Positions 55,901-64,000 of a DNA stretch of 64,000 nt are shown piece after piece. Numbering within the stretch: position 1 is the first letter of the stretch; the number at the start of each line of letters is the position of its first letter. A program made the translations under genes and the position numbers. Under the pieces are notes generated by a model. It worked only from the letters and a program-made list of their open reading frames with translations. It was not told where the DNA came from and searched no databases. Source of the DNA: Candidatus Omnitrophota bacterium (GTDB lineage: Bacteria > Omnitrophota > Gorgyraeia > 2-01-FULL-45-10). Where the stretch lies: NCBI GenBank assembly GCA_026387175.1, contig JAPLME010000007.1, positions 128,487 to 192,486 on the forward strand. Direction: 5' to 3'.

Positions 55901-58079
55901 TAGCATTAAAAACAAATATGCTCGGTTGAAGAGCGCCTATCTCGGGACGACCTTTTATGGCATTCACCATTTTCTTAAGCCCGTCGCTTTCAAGACGAGC
56001 ATCATTATTGAGAAAGAATACGTAATCGCTGCTTTGCTTTAAAGCGATCCGGGCCGCTTGATTATTTCCACCCGTGTAACCCAGGTTCACTCGGTTTGTA
56101 ACAAGTTTAATCCTGTCTTTCAATTTTTCAGCGCTTGATAATGGAAGACGACGAAGGAGGTTTTTAAAGTTACTATTGAAATGCTTCGAAAATTTATCAG
56201 GGGAATTGTTATCCACGAGGATTATGTCGAAATTATCATAGGTTGTATGGGATAAATTTTCAAGGGCTCTAAGCGTTTGATCCGCGGAGTTGCCGTAATG
56301 TAAAATAACTACGGAGACCTTTGGATTATCTTTCAGCTGCTCATGGGGTCTCGCATGGCTCAAAAACCATTCGAGGTCTTCTTGTAAATACCGCAGCGCA
56401 TCCGCATCTTCATTAAGGGGAGTCATTAGCTCTATTCTTTGTTTTATAATCCCTGCAGTTCTTGGATCATATTTTTCAAGTTTTTTAATTTTATCCAAGA
56501 TATTTGCAAAAATCGGATTCTCTGTCGCCAATTGTGCATCTTTAGATACGTTCTGTTGCGATAACCATTTTACTCGATGTATGATCTGTCTATTCAATCG
56601 GGGGCTTATAACTTTCGTTGAAAGCTTCGCTATATCAGCGTACGGGGTTATAACATTAGCTTTCGTAGGATCAAAATAGCGAACGGCCAACCCTTCGTTC
56701 GGAATTTCGATGATAATTTCATTGAGCAATACCTTTACGCTAGGGTTCTTTTTTTCTACCTCAGAGTAAAACATAGCGTTATTTAATGCCTCAACATGAA
56801 AATTATTGGTCAGCTTCCATTTAGAACCGCTTTTTCCCACTGATCCAGAACGTCGCACCACCTCCTCGACGATCTTTAATGCCCTATTAACATTGCCGCC
56901 CTCTTTACCCATTTCTCTTCTTGTTATTTCAAGAAAATCCCTGAAGAATATCGAAGCGTTCTGGCGGATAAGCTCCTTTATCTCAGGAATAAAATAACAT
57001 TCCGGATCGCAATTCTCCAACAGTTTGCCCAACATAAACTCCATTATGTCTGTCTGTTTTGCGCGACGTCTTTCTGTATGACTTAAAACAACCTTGACAC
57101 GGTTATTTATCTCATCATCCTCACTGCCTGTATCACTATACATTTTTGTGTCGAAATATTTTTCAGTGATTCCTGGTTCCTTCCTGTGATTTCGTCTATA
57201 GGTTCTTGTCGTCTCAACAAGCTTTTCCTGATCTATCAATTGATCATATGTATCGGCATCGCGAACTAATAACGCCTCGATGCTATCGGGTTTAGGAAGA
57301 TTTTCCTGACTCTCATTTATATAGCCTTTAGGATAATCTTTTACCCGATAATTCACTGGAGTGCCTCTGTGAGATCTTATGATATGCTTAACTCTGTCTA
57401 TGCGTGTTGCAGGCCAGTCCTTGTCATGCCAATCCTCTAAAATCTTACCAATAAATCCGGCGCCTTCCTCGTGATGCCCCAAACGTGTTTTAATGCCTGT
57501 GGAGCCAAGCCCTTTGATATCATGCGTAAAAGCCCCTATGGCAAGGGCTTCTCTATCTACTTCGAAATTATAATATTCTGCCCATTCAAAAGCTTTCTTA
57601 GTAACATCTATTGCATGGTTAAAACCATGCACGGGATCCGTATGAAAAACTATAAATTCATCGGTAGATAGCTTCGTTTCCAATTCTTCTATTATTCGTT
57701 CTAAAATTTTATATGGAACATTGGAATGAAGGAAGGTCGTTCTTATTGTTTCGATTTTCTGACGAGTTATGTCTTTTTTATCAGACATCTTATTTGGTAA
57801 TACTGCTACAGCGTCAGGATTCTTTTCCGTGTCTAACCTGGCTAATACATCTCTCAGATATGATTTATCATCGAGATTACCGTCATGTTCGATGTGTTTG
57901 CATATCGCGCCTACGGTGAAGGAGTATTTAAAGTCTTCACTGTTAAGTCGTAATTCGGGCGCCAGCTTATTATTTTGGTCTGCCAGGCAGAGAGAAGATA
58001 GAAAAGCTCCTATGAGAATAACTGCGAGGGCCTTCTTCATTAATTTGTGGAGATATTTATGTAATCCTAAAACAATCAT
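52995..58079 (-). CDS. large exported mosaic protein: HD domain + GT2 glycosyltransferase + HD domain in a scaffold
   Basis: Signal peptide; H..H/HD/HH/D motifs; GT2 VSVVIL, VDNNS, NLGYTGGNN, LNND; second EH/HDIG/H/HH/D; start 58079 or 58040 (track gives GTG 58085). Confidence 0.85.
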   Translation of the reverse strand: MIVLGLHKYLHKLMKKALAVILIGAFLSSLCLADQNNKLAPELRLNSEDFKYSFTVGAICKHIEHDGNLDDKSYLRDVLARLDTEKNPDAVAVLPNKMSDKKDITRQKIETIRTTFLHSNVPYKILERIIEELETKLSTDEFIVFHTDPVHGFNHAIDVTKKAFEWAEYYNFEVDREALAIGAFTHDIKGLGSTGIKTRLGHHEEGAGFIGKILEDWHDKDWPATRIDRVKHIIRSHRGTPVNYRVKDYPKGYINESQENLPKPDSIEALLVRDADTYDQLIDQEKLVETTRTYRRNHRKEPGITEKYFDTKMYSDTGSEDDEINNRVKVVLSHTERRRAKQTDIMEFMLGKLLENCDPECYFIPEIKELIRQNASIFFRDFLEITRREMGKEGGNVNRALKIVEEVVRRSGSVGKSGSKWKLTNNFHVEALNNAMFYSEVEKKNPSVKVLLNEIIIEIPNEGLAVRYFDPTKANVITPYADIAKLSTKVISPRLNRQIIHRVKWLSQQNVSKDAQLATENPIFANILDKIKKLEKYDPRTAGIIKQRIELMTPLNEDADALRYLQEDLEWFLSHARPHEQLKDNPKVSVVILHYGNSADQTLRALENLSHTTYDNFDIILVDNNSPDKFSKHFNSNFKNLLRRLPLSSAEKLKDRIKLVTNRVNLGYTGGNNQAARIALKQSSDYVFFLNNDARLESDGLKKMVNAIKGRPEIGALQPSIFVFNANEKVPIDGDLLPEQRQRAEEYTSKFIKTLLEGSGESLVKAAPNLYYKEPTMMGTAQLVRADMFRLIGGFDTRLFMFSDENDIGYRYWLSGLKKAMISDVFLSHPKFESSDNFRSQFLIWRNHMFIAQQYYNRDSKGKEIVVSKSPYNFFNPFKDDVLKELNKQIKKSDLDFIAIYKGISDGILCNLSPTFENSRFDETALIQNYAEKFKKMKSALGIFRVVFNETDPYRVRLMIYSLHQNRNIIKPSVPLDEKLKEAVIRILLEHVDQWKKWVEEGRRHPDNIKEIRKSLIEQITMAISPQARPSADGAFKNDASRKIQLDLLVKYIKDNKAISVSGLREHIAKVFPEIDYSQGPVPYKLEHVLMVIQCLNRLINKDFDYFYATLCDRTKGKKFELADKESRIEYAGGIKKLYGFYSMLADGQKDALIMAVILHDIGYTEENVSDADHPIRGAKLALQALKDEVASENIIDEVGRIITHHDTLGNIIRGKKVPRLLKGFPDEFLKILCIVNAMDMAGYGTGTDEGTRNNLVPSVLRDVLEFADREKIEQLDEEERYYEYRLRKLARKGYGAELFDDEFGRLKQEIEKILPEETRKSFYHNWNSRIEVRETSLFFGITKGNAGGYSYVPVAKLFKFIALAAENYFKQSSEADMFIVDTDVESIPKEQREDLFKSLVEKLERTEDIHGLPITIKGNHLIVRLLPPAAPLGNITNSSKEGRTVTAKDQSTYIDKNKIFIKDLLSDDKQNILVRVPIEAVESINTDNIKNFLTIFQKAPNGHVEFYYMSGTGEVSESIYQRYGLEKKPLPKDFKRTRENTITLFPALKGEELDQAAIRSRLGNLNVKTEDTILSPIGLQNDPAGLIRATILGLKMMDIAQEIKEKGIDITRDQAFKDKIQLEILEELKNVCDANDLKNFNLTSDDIIALATGDINKIIASLKKLIKLLPITPIDAEELRQIYEHAKAVITAA

Positions 58080-58086
58080 ATACACA

Positions 58087-58114
58087 AGTATAGCATATGA
58101 TTACGTTAAATCAA
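58087..58114 (-). promoter_or_regulatory. putative sigma70 promoter for the large gene
   Basis: TTGATT-N16-TATACT with TG extension, 7 nt before the ATG at 58079. Confidence 0.5.
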
Positions 58115-58216
58115 TACAAAGTAAGATAACTTTTTTGAGTTTTAACTTGGGTGAATGTAAAAGCCGTATGGGACGTTTAAGCATCCCCTACGATTGTGGA
58201 TAACCATAGCGCTGCG

Positions 58217-58975
58217 CTACAATTCGCTTATAAGCCTAAGGCCGTTAAGGGTGAGGTCTTCGTCAACTATCTGGATGGATTTCGAGTAGCGCTTTATGAG
58301 TGAGGCATTACCGCCTGTAGCGATGATCCTGGTCCTCTTACCTAACATCTTTCTGTATTTTGCGGCTAAAGCGTCACACATAGCCCCGAGCCCGAACAAT
58401 ATGCCGCCGCGCATACTGTTTACTGTGTCACGACCGATGATGGATAAGGCAGGTTTTAATTTAATATTGGGCAAGAGCGCTGTCTTCTTATGCAAACTTG
58501 ACAGGGACATCTCGATGCCCGGAAATATCAAGCCGCCGAGATAATCCCCTCTTGTGGAGACTACATCGAATGTTATCGCAGTTCCGAAATCGATTATGAC
58601 TGCCGGCTTACCGTATAAAGTCTTCGCCGCAAACGCGTTTACCAGCCTGTCCTGGCCTACTTCGCTTTTGATTCTATAAAGATTCCTGATCGGCACAATC
58701 TTATCCCGGCCGATTACCGAAATATTACATTTCACAACCTTGTTAAGCGCCGCGATAAGCCTGGAAAGAGCGAGCGGCACAACGCTTGAAATAACGATAT
58801 TCAGCGCATCGCCGTGCTTAAGGCCGGCAAGATTACAAATACCGCTTAAGTGTCTTCCGTGGAGATAGTATGAGTTGGTGGGCACCTTAATCTTCCTTAC
58901 GAGCTTGGCGCCTTTAAAAAGGCCGACTGTGATATTCGTGTTACCTATGTCTGCTGCAAGCATAATATTATTCAT
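58217..58975 (-). CDS. coaX: type III pantothenate kinase
   Basis: DIGNTN, GQDR, DFGTAITFD, GG.I.PG. Confidence 0.95.
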   Translation of the reverse strand: MNNIMLAADIGNTNITVGLFKGAKLVRKIKVPTNSYYLHGRHLSGICNLAGLKHGDALNIVISSVVPLALSRLIAALNKVVKCNISVIGRDKIVPIRNLYRIKSEVGQDRLVNAFAAKTLYGKPAVIIDFGTAITFDVVSTRGDYLGGLIFPGIEMSLSSLHKKTALLPNIKLKPALSIIGRDTVNSMRGGILFGLGAMCDALAAKYRKMLGKRTRIIATGGNASLIKRYSKSIQIVDEDLTLNGLRLISEL

Positions 58976-59952
58976 CGCACCATCACCACGTCACCGGACG
59001 ATATCTTTTCGAGGACACCCGAATCGAGCCTCACCACAAGCGCGCCATCCGGGTCTATGTTATAGACATCGGCCTCAAACGTCCTATTAGGCAGGGCTAC
59101 CTTAACTCTTGAGCCCAGCATTACAGAGTACTCTTTCCACTCCTCTATTATAGAGCCGGATCCTTTTTTCTTCAAAGTATTATAATATTCTTCGAGCGTC
59201 TCCAGCATTTTCTTCGCAAGCTCAACCCTCGAAATATTTTCTCCATCCTTTATATGGTGCAATTCTTCTTTTAAGGAAGATGCCCCCTTCGGAAGGTCTT
59301 TAGCTTTTGTATTTACGTTTACGCCTATTCCAAGTATTATAAAATCGATCATATCCTGCTCGGCCTTCATTTCCGTGAGTATGCCGCAAACCTTTTTGCC
59401 GTTTATCAATATATCGTTAGGCCATTTTATCACCGCGTTGAGGCCAGTATAGCCTCTAATAGCTTTCGCCACGGCGACGGCCGCGACAAGGGTTATCTTC
59501 GGGATCTCATTCGGCGCCATATGCGGCCTTAACACGCATGACATGTAGATTCCGCATCCGGGCACAGACTGCCAGGTCCTTCCGTGCCTGCCCTTGCCTC
59601 TGGCCTGCTCGTCGGCAAATATAACCGCGCCTTCCGTCAGGCCGTGCTCGGCTAATTCATATGCGGATGTATTCGTAGAATCGACTTTTTTATACGATAT
59701 TATTTCTTTGCCTAAGTATCTTGTCTTGAGATTCAATTTTATTTCATCCGGCAATAGGGCATCCGGTATCCCGATCAGGCGGTATCCGAGATGAGGCAGA
59801 GCCTCTATCTCATACCCCTCTTCTCTAAGTTTTTCGATCCGCTTCCAAATGCCGGCTCTCGATATGCCGGCCATCTTACACAACTCTTCGCCGGATACAT
59901 ACGAACCGTCGCTATCTCTTAGTAGATCCAGCATCTTATTATCAGATTGCAT
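58972..59952 (-). CDS. birA: bifunctional biotin ligase/repressor
   Basis: N-terminal [30 protein letters not shown]. Confidence 0.96.
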   Translation of the reverse strand: MQSDNKMLDLLRDSDGSYVSGEELCKMAGISRAGIWKRIEKLREEGYEIEALPHLGYRLIGIPDALLPDEIKLNLKTRYLGKEIISYKKVDSTNTSAYELAEHGLTEGAVIFADEQARGKGRHGRTWQSVPGCGIYMSCVLRPHMAPNEIPKITLVAAVAVAKAIRGYTGLNAVIKWPNDILINGKKVCGILTEMKAEQDMIDFIILGIGVNVNTKAKDLPKGASSLKEELHHIKDGENISRVELAKKMLETLEEYYNTLKKKGSGSIIEEWKEYSVMLGSRVKVALPNRTFEADVYNIDPDGALVVRLDSGVLEKISSGDVVMVR

Positions 59953-61915
59953 ATTTTTCTTTCAACTCTTTTATCTGGTCGCGAAGCGCCGCGGCCTTTT
60001 CGAATTGCAGATTTCTTGCGGCAAGCTCCATATCGCGCTGAAGTTCCGCTACCAGCGTGGTTACATCGTATTGATCCTCAGTCTCTTCTACAACTCCCGC
60101 GATTATCTCCCGTGCCTTCTTATACGATTCTATACCGTCCCTTATCGCTTTCTCTATCGAGCGCGGCTCAATATTATTCGCTTTATTAAATGCGATCTGT
60201 ATCTTGCGCCGTCTCACAGACTCGTCGATAGCTTTTTTCATCGACTTGGTTACGGTATCGGCATACATTATCACCTGCCCGTTGAGATGGCGGGCAGCGC
60301 GCCCGGCCACTTGTATGAGGCTGGTCTCGCTTCTCAGGAAACCCTCTTTATCGGCATCCAGGATGGCGACCAGTGACACCTCAGGCAGATCGAGCCCTTC
60401 CCTTAAGAGATTAATACCTACCAGGCAATCGAATTTATTAAGCCGTAAATCCCGCAATATCTCGGCCCGCTCTATGGCGCCTATCTCGGAATGAAGATAC
60501 TTCACTCTCAAATTAAATCCCGTGAGATATTCCGCAATATCTTCCGATAAGCGCTTGGTGATCGTCGTGACAAGGACCCTCTCTTTTCTCTCCGCCCTCG
60601 TCTTTATTTCATTAATAAGGTCGTCTATTTGGTTCTTTGTTGGCCTCACGTCTATCGGTGGGTCGATAAGGCCCGTGGGCCTGATTATCTGTTCTATTAT
60701 CCTGTTGCCGGACTTCTCCATCTCATAATCTGAAGGCGTAGCGGAAACAAATATCATTCCCGGTAAAATTTTTTCAAATTCGTCGAACCTTAAAGGCCTG
60801 TTGTCAAGCGCGGAGGGCAGCCTGAAACCGTATTCGACAAGAGTCTCTTTCCTGGCCCTGTCACCGTTATACATTCCCCGCACCTGCGGGATCGTGACGT
60901 GTGATTCATCGACAAATACCAGAAAATCCTTCGGGAAATAGTCTATAAGGCACCACGGCCGGGAGCCCGCCGGCCTTTCCGATAGATGCCGGGAATAATT
61001 CTCTATGCCGTTGCAATAACCTATCTCGCGCATCATTTCAATATCGTAATGTGTTCTGGACTCCAGCCTTTCGGCGGCCACAAGCTTATTCTGGGATTTA
61101 AGCTCGGCAAGCCTCTCCGCAAGCTCCTTCTCGATAGATTTTATCGATCTCTCTATTCTTTCGGGCGTCGTCACAAAATGCTTTGCCGGATAGATACCGA
61201 TCTTCTTTACGTTTGTTATGACGTTTCCGGTCAGGGGATCGATCTCGTATATCCGCTCTATCTTATCTCCGAATTGCTCCACCCTATATGCGGTACTGGT
61301 ATATGCCGGATATATTTCGACGGTATCACCCCTGACTCTGAACGTGGAACGCTTGAAGTCGTAATCATTACGTTCATAATGGATGGAGATAAGGCGCTTG
61401 AGCACCTCGTCCCTTGATATCTGATCGCCTTCGTTCAGGAAGACCAGCATCTCTCCATATTCCGCTGGCGAGCCGAGGCCGTATATACATGAGACGCTCG
61501 CCACGATCACTACATCCTCCCGTGACATCAAAGAGCTTGTGGCCGATAACCTGAGCCGGTCTATATCTTCGTTTATCGATGAGTCCTTCTCGATGTAAAT
61601 ATCCGAATGCGGAATGTAGGCTTCAGGCTGATAATAATCGTAATAGCTGACGAAATACTCTACGGCATTCTCCGGAAAGAATTCTTTGAACTCGCTGTAA
61701 AGCTGGGCGGCAAGCGTCTTATTATGCGAGATGACAAGCGCAGGCTTTCCCAATGCGGCGATCACATTGGCCATCGTGAATGTCTTGCCGGATCCCGTAA
61801 TACCTAGAAGGGTTTGGTACTTATGGGCTTTAAGAATGCCTTCGGTGAGTTTTTCTATGGCCTGCGGCTGATCGCCTGCGGGCTTAAACCCGGACACCAG
61901 TTTGAATTTTGCCAT
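59942..61915 (-). CDS. uvrB: excinuclease ABC subunit B
   Basis: [32 protein letters not shown]-terminal UVR. Confidence 0.98.
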   Translation of the reverse strand: MAKFKLVSGFKPAGDQPQAIEKLTEGILKAHKYQTLLGITGSGKTFTMANVIAALGKPALVISHNKTLAAQLYSEFKEFFPENAVEYFVSYYDYYQPEAYIPHSDIYIEKDSSINEDIDRLRLSATSSLMSREDVVIVASVSCIYGLGSPAEYGEMLVFLNEGDQISRDEVLKRLISIHYERNDYDFKRSTFRVRGDTVEIYPAYTSTAYRVEQFGDKIERIYEIDPLTGNVITNVKKIGIYPAKHFVTTPERIERSIKSIEKELAERLAELKSQNKLVAAERLESRTHYDIEMMREIGYCNGIENYSRHLSERPAGSRPWCLIDYFPKDFLVFVDESHVTIPQVRGMYNGDRARKETLVEYGFRLPSALDNRPLRFDEFEKILPGMIFVSATPSDYEMEKSGNRIIEQIIRPTGLIDPPIDVRPTKNQIDDLINEIKTRAERKERVLVTTITKRLSEDIAEYLTGFNLRVKYLHSEIGAIERAEILRDLRLNKFDCLVGINLLREGLDLPEVSLVAILDADKEGFLRSETSLIQVAGRAARHLNGQVIMYADTVTKSMKKAIDESVRRRKIQIAFNKANNIEPRSIEKAIRDGIESYKKAREIIAGVVEETEDQYDVTTLVAELQRDMELAARNLQFEKAAALRDQIKELKEKYAI

Positions 61916-61916
61916 A

Positions 61917-62789
61917 CTAGATAAGGTCGAGCGACATATCGATCGCCCTGACTGAATCGGTAAGTTCGCCTATGGAGATCATCTCAACGCCGGTCTTCGC
62001 GTATTCCTCGACCGTATCGAGCGTGATACCGCCGGAGACCTCGAGAAGCGGTTTTGTCTTCGAAAGCTTCCTTATCTCGACACATGCTTTTATCTCATTA
62101 ATACCCATATTGTCGAGCATGATGATATCGGGCCGCCCTCCAAGGGCATCGCTGAATTCTTTAAGCGTTGAAATTTCTATCTCTACCACGGTCCCTTTCC
62201 GGCTCTTCTTCCTCGCTTCTTCGACGATACTCTTGAGCGAGAATTCCCGCCCCGGAGACAGATTATTCTTACGGCAATATATATGATTGTCTTTTATAAG
62301 CACCTGGTCGTAAAGCCCCATCCTGTGATTGGCGCCGCCGCCTGTAAATACCGCGTATTTTTCAAGATATCTCAACAGCGGGATGGTCTTGCGCGTATCC
62401 ATTATCTTTACGTCGTAGGGTTTGACTTTATCCTGATACTGTCTGGTCCTGGTCGATATACCGCTCAAGAAAGTGAGAAAATTCAGCATCGTACGCTCAG
62501 CGCGCAATATAGATGCCGTCGCGCCTTCGATAAACGCTACATCCTTGCCTTTGCCTACGAAAGTTCCGTCCTTGCAATTAGGTTTGAAGCGAACACTGTA
62601 GTCGATCCCGGCCATTACCATCTCGGCTATCTCCAGGCCGCATACGACGCAGTCCTCCCTGGAAATAATTACAGCCTTAGAGATAGACAGCCTGTCAATT
62701 AACGGCTGAGTTGTTATATCACCCCTGCCTATATCTTCTTTAAGCGCGGCCTTTATTATCCGTAGCACCCTCGCCCTATCAAGCTGCAT
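61917..62789 (-). CDS. nadC: quinolinate phosphoribosyltransferase
   Basis: EDIG.GDIT, DTRKT, HRMGL.D..LIKDNH, MLDN, SGGI. Confidence 0.96.
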   Translation of the reverse strand: MQLDRARVLRIIKAALKEDIGRGDITTQPLIDRLSISKAVIISREDCVVCGLEIAEMVMAGIDYSVRFKPNCKDGTFVGKGKDVAFIEGATASILRAERTMLNFLTFLSGISTRTRQYQDKVKPYDVKIMDTRKTIPLLRYLEKYAVFTGGGANHRMGLYDQVLIKDNHIYCRKNNLSPGREFSLKSIVEEARKKSRKGTVVEIEISTLKEFSDALGGRPDIIMLDNMGINEIKACVEIRKLSKTKPLLEVSGGITLDTVEEYAKTGVEMISIGELTDSVRAIDMSLDLI

Positions 62790-62792
62790 ATA

Positions 62793-63062
62793 TTATCGAG
62801 TATCCATACTGGAATCACTCTCAACAACGTCAGGAAAGCCGGTGTTCTCATCATAGCTCTCGCCCGGACCCATAGTACCCACCTGGGTAACAGGCTCTTC
62901 GGAACTGTCTCCTGTATCTATATGCTTAAGCCCTGTGCCGCTTTCCGTCTCTTCTGTTATCACGGCAGCCGCGGAAGCATTCTTAACCTTACCGTCTTCG
63001 GCCTCACAAATACCTGCGCACAATGTAATAGCCAACGCACCAGCCAGGACCGCGTATCTCAT
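62793..63062 (-). CDS. small acidic exported hypothetical protein
   Basis: AAGGAGG SD before the ATG at 63062; signal peptide. Confidence 0.6.
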   Translation of the reverse strand: MRYAVLAGALAITLCAGICEAEDGKVKNASAAAVITEETESGTGLKHIDTGDSSEEPVTQVGTMGPGESYDENTGFPDVVESDSSMDTR

Positions 63063-63081
63063 GCCGCCTCCTTTGCCTTTT

Positions 63082-64000
63082 TTAAACACCTATCTCTTTT
63101 AAGTTATCCTTAATCTTCTTTATCTGAATCGCCAGATCCGTTTTTCGTTCTGTCTGCTTCTCGACTATCTCCTTCGGAGCCTTTGATGTGAAGTTCTTGT
63201 CCTTTAAGCGCTGGGTGAGGCCCTTCATCTCGCTCTCCATCCTTGAGTGCTCTTTAACGAGCCGCGCCTTCTCTTTTTCAAAATCGATCAGGCCCTCGAG
63301 AGGCAAATATACCTCCATACTCCCTATAACGCTCACCGCCGAGCTTTTCGGCTTGGAATGTTTTCCGATCCTTAAGCCCGATACCCGCGCAAGCTTCTTT
63401 ATAAGATCGATATTGTCGGATAATAGTTTCTCGTCTTTGGCATCGTGGGTGTTTATTATCGCGTTTACTTCTGTGCGGGGTTCTATATTCCATACCGACC
63501 GTATATTTCTTATCGAAGTGATCAGGTCTATAAGCTTTTGCATGGCATCTTCGTCAGGTCTGGATATCATCTGGCTCTGGACGTGCGGCCAGGGTTGTGT
63601 CATTATGGAATCTCCGGCAGCATCCTTTGATCTCGGAAGCTTCTGCCATATCTCTTCTGTGATAAAAGGCATAAATGGGTGCAGCATACGAAGCGATTTT
63701 TCAAGTATCTTGTACAGTATCACCTGTGAAGATTTTTCGTTTATAGTGGATTTGGCTATCTCTATATACCAATCGCAGAATTCGTGCCAAAGGAATTCAT
63801 ATATGGCGTTCGCCGCCTCATTGAACTTATATTCATCGAGGCACTTTGAAACGTAGCTTAATGTCGAATAGAAACGCGAAAGTATCCATCTCTCGGCCAG
63901 CGTAAGCTTCATGGTTTTGAAGGATGTGCATAAATCGACTTCTATCTCTTCGGCCTTCAGATTCATCATTATGAACCTTGAGGCGTTCCAGAGTTTATTA
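63082..64000 (-). CDS. valS: valyl-tRNA synthetase (C-terminal part)
   Basis: NKLWNASRF, FCDWYIE, LHPFMPFITEEIWQ, C-terminal coiled coil F..KAP. Confidence 0.96.
   Translation of the reverse strand, partial: NKLWNASRFIMMNLKAEEIEVDLCTSFKTMKLTLAERWILSRFYSTLSYVSKCLDEYKFNEAANAIYEFLWHEFCDWYIEIAKSTINEKSSQVILYKILEKSLRMLHPFMPFITEEIWQKLPRSKDAAGDSIMTQPWPHVQSQMISRPDEDAMQKLIDLITSIRNIRSVWNIEPRTEVNAIINTHDAKDEKLLSDNIDLIKKLARVSGLRIGKHSKPKSSAVSVIGSMEVYLPLEGLIDFEKEKARLVKEHSRMESEMKGLTQRLKDKNFTSKAPKEIVEKQTERKTDLAIQIKKIKDNLKEIGV

Noticed and set aside
63188-63856. Long plus-strand ORFs antisense to genes (e.g. 222 aa here, 28944-29621, 24433-25074)
   Set aside because: Antisense shadows of well-supported minus-strand genes, with no motifs.

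Overview
Gene-dense bacterial chromosome segment, mostly housekeeping, with almost all genes on the minus strand. Inferred taxon is PVC superphylum, most likely Ca. Omnitrophota (TIGR04137-like small basic protein, stand-alone PilZ proteins, large mosaic exported protein); this is inference, not a database result. Recognisable genes: valS (partial), nadC, uvrB, birA, coaX, eda, dinB, glgP, lemA, rpsU (absent from the ORF track), rmuC, aroQ, accBC, pfkA, gmhA, rfaE2, thiCE, tRNA-Gly(CCC), archaeal-type thyA, dGTPase, UvrD-nuclease, aroB, ExeA/ExeB-like pair and panD (partial). The most striking unexplained structure is a 52-bp double-hairpin repeat present 6 times at 5 loci. Every locus places it in the same orientation inside the Shine-Dalgarno (SD) sequence of the downstream gene, and its own end rebuilds AGGAG, suggesting an RBS-targeting miniature mobile element. 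Also notable: a 1696-aa mosaic exported protein (HD-GT2-HD cassettes in a scaffold with a duplicated junction), an in-frame 39-bp palindrome inside a gene, a ~210-nt nested-hairpin intergenic element, an IS200/IS605-like hairpin pair, a dense and partly degenerate c-di-GMP toolkit, a ThiD2/ThiE split at an A8 run, and several apparently leaderless genes.
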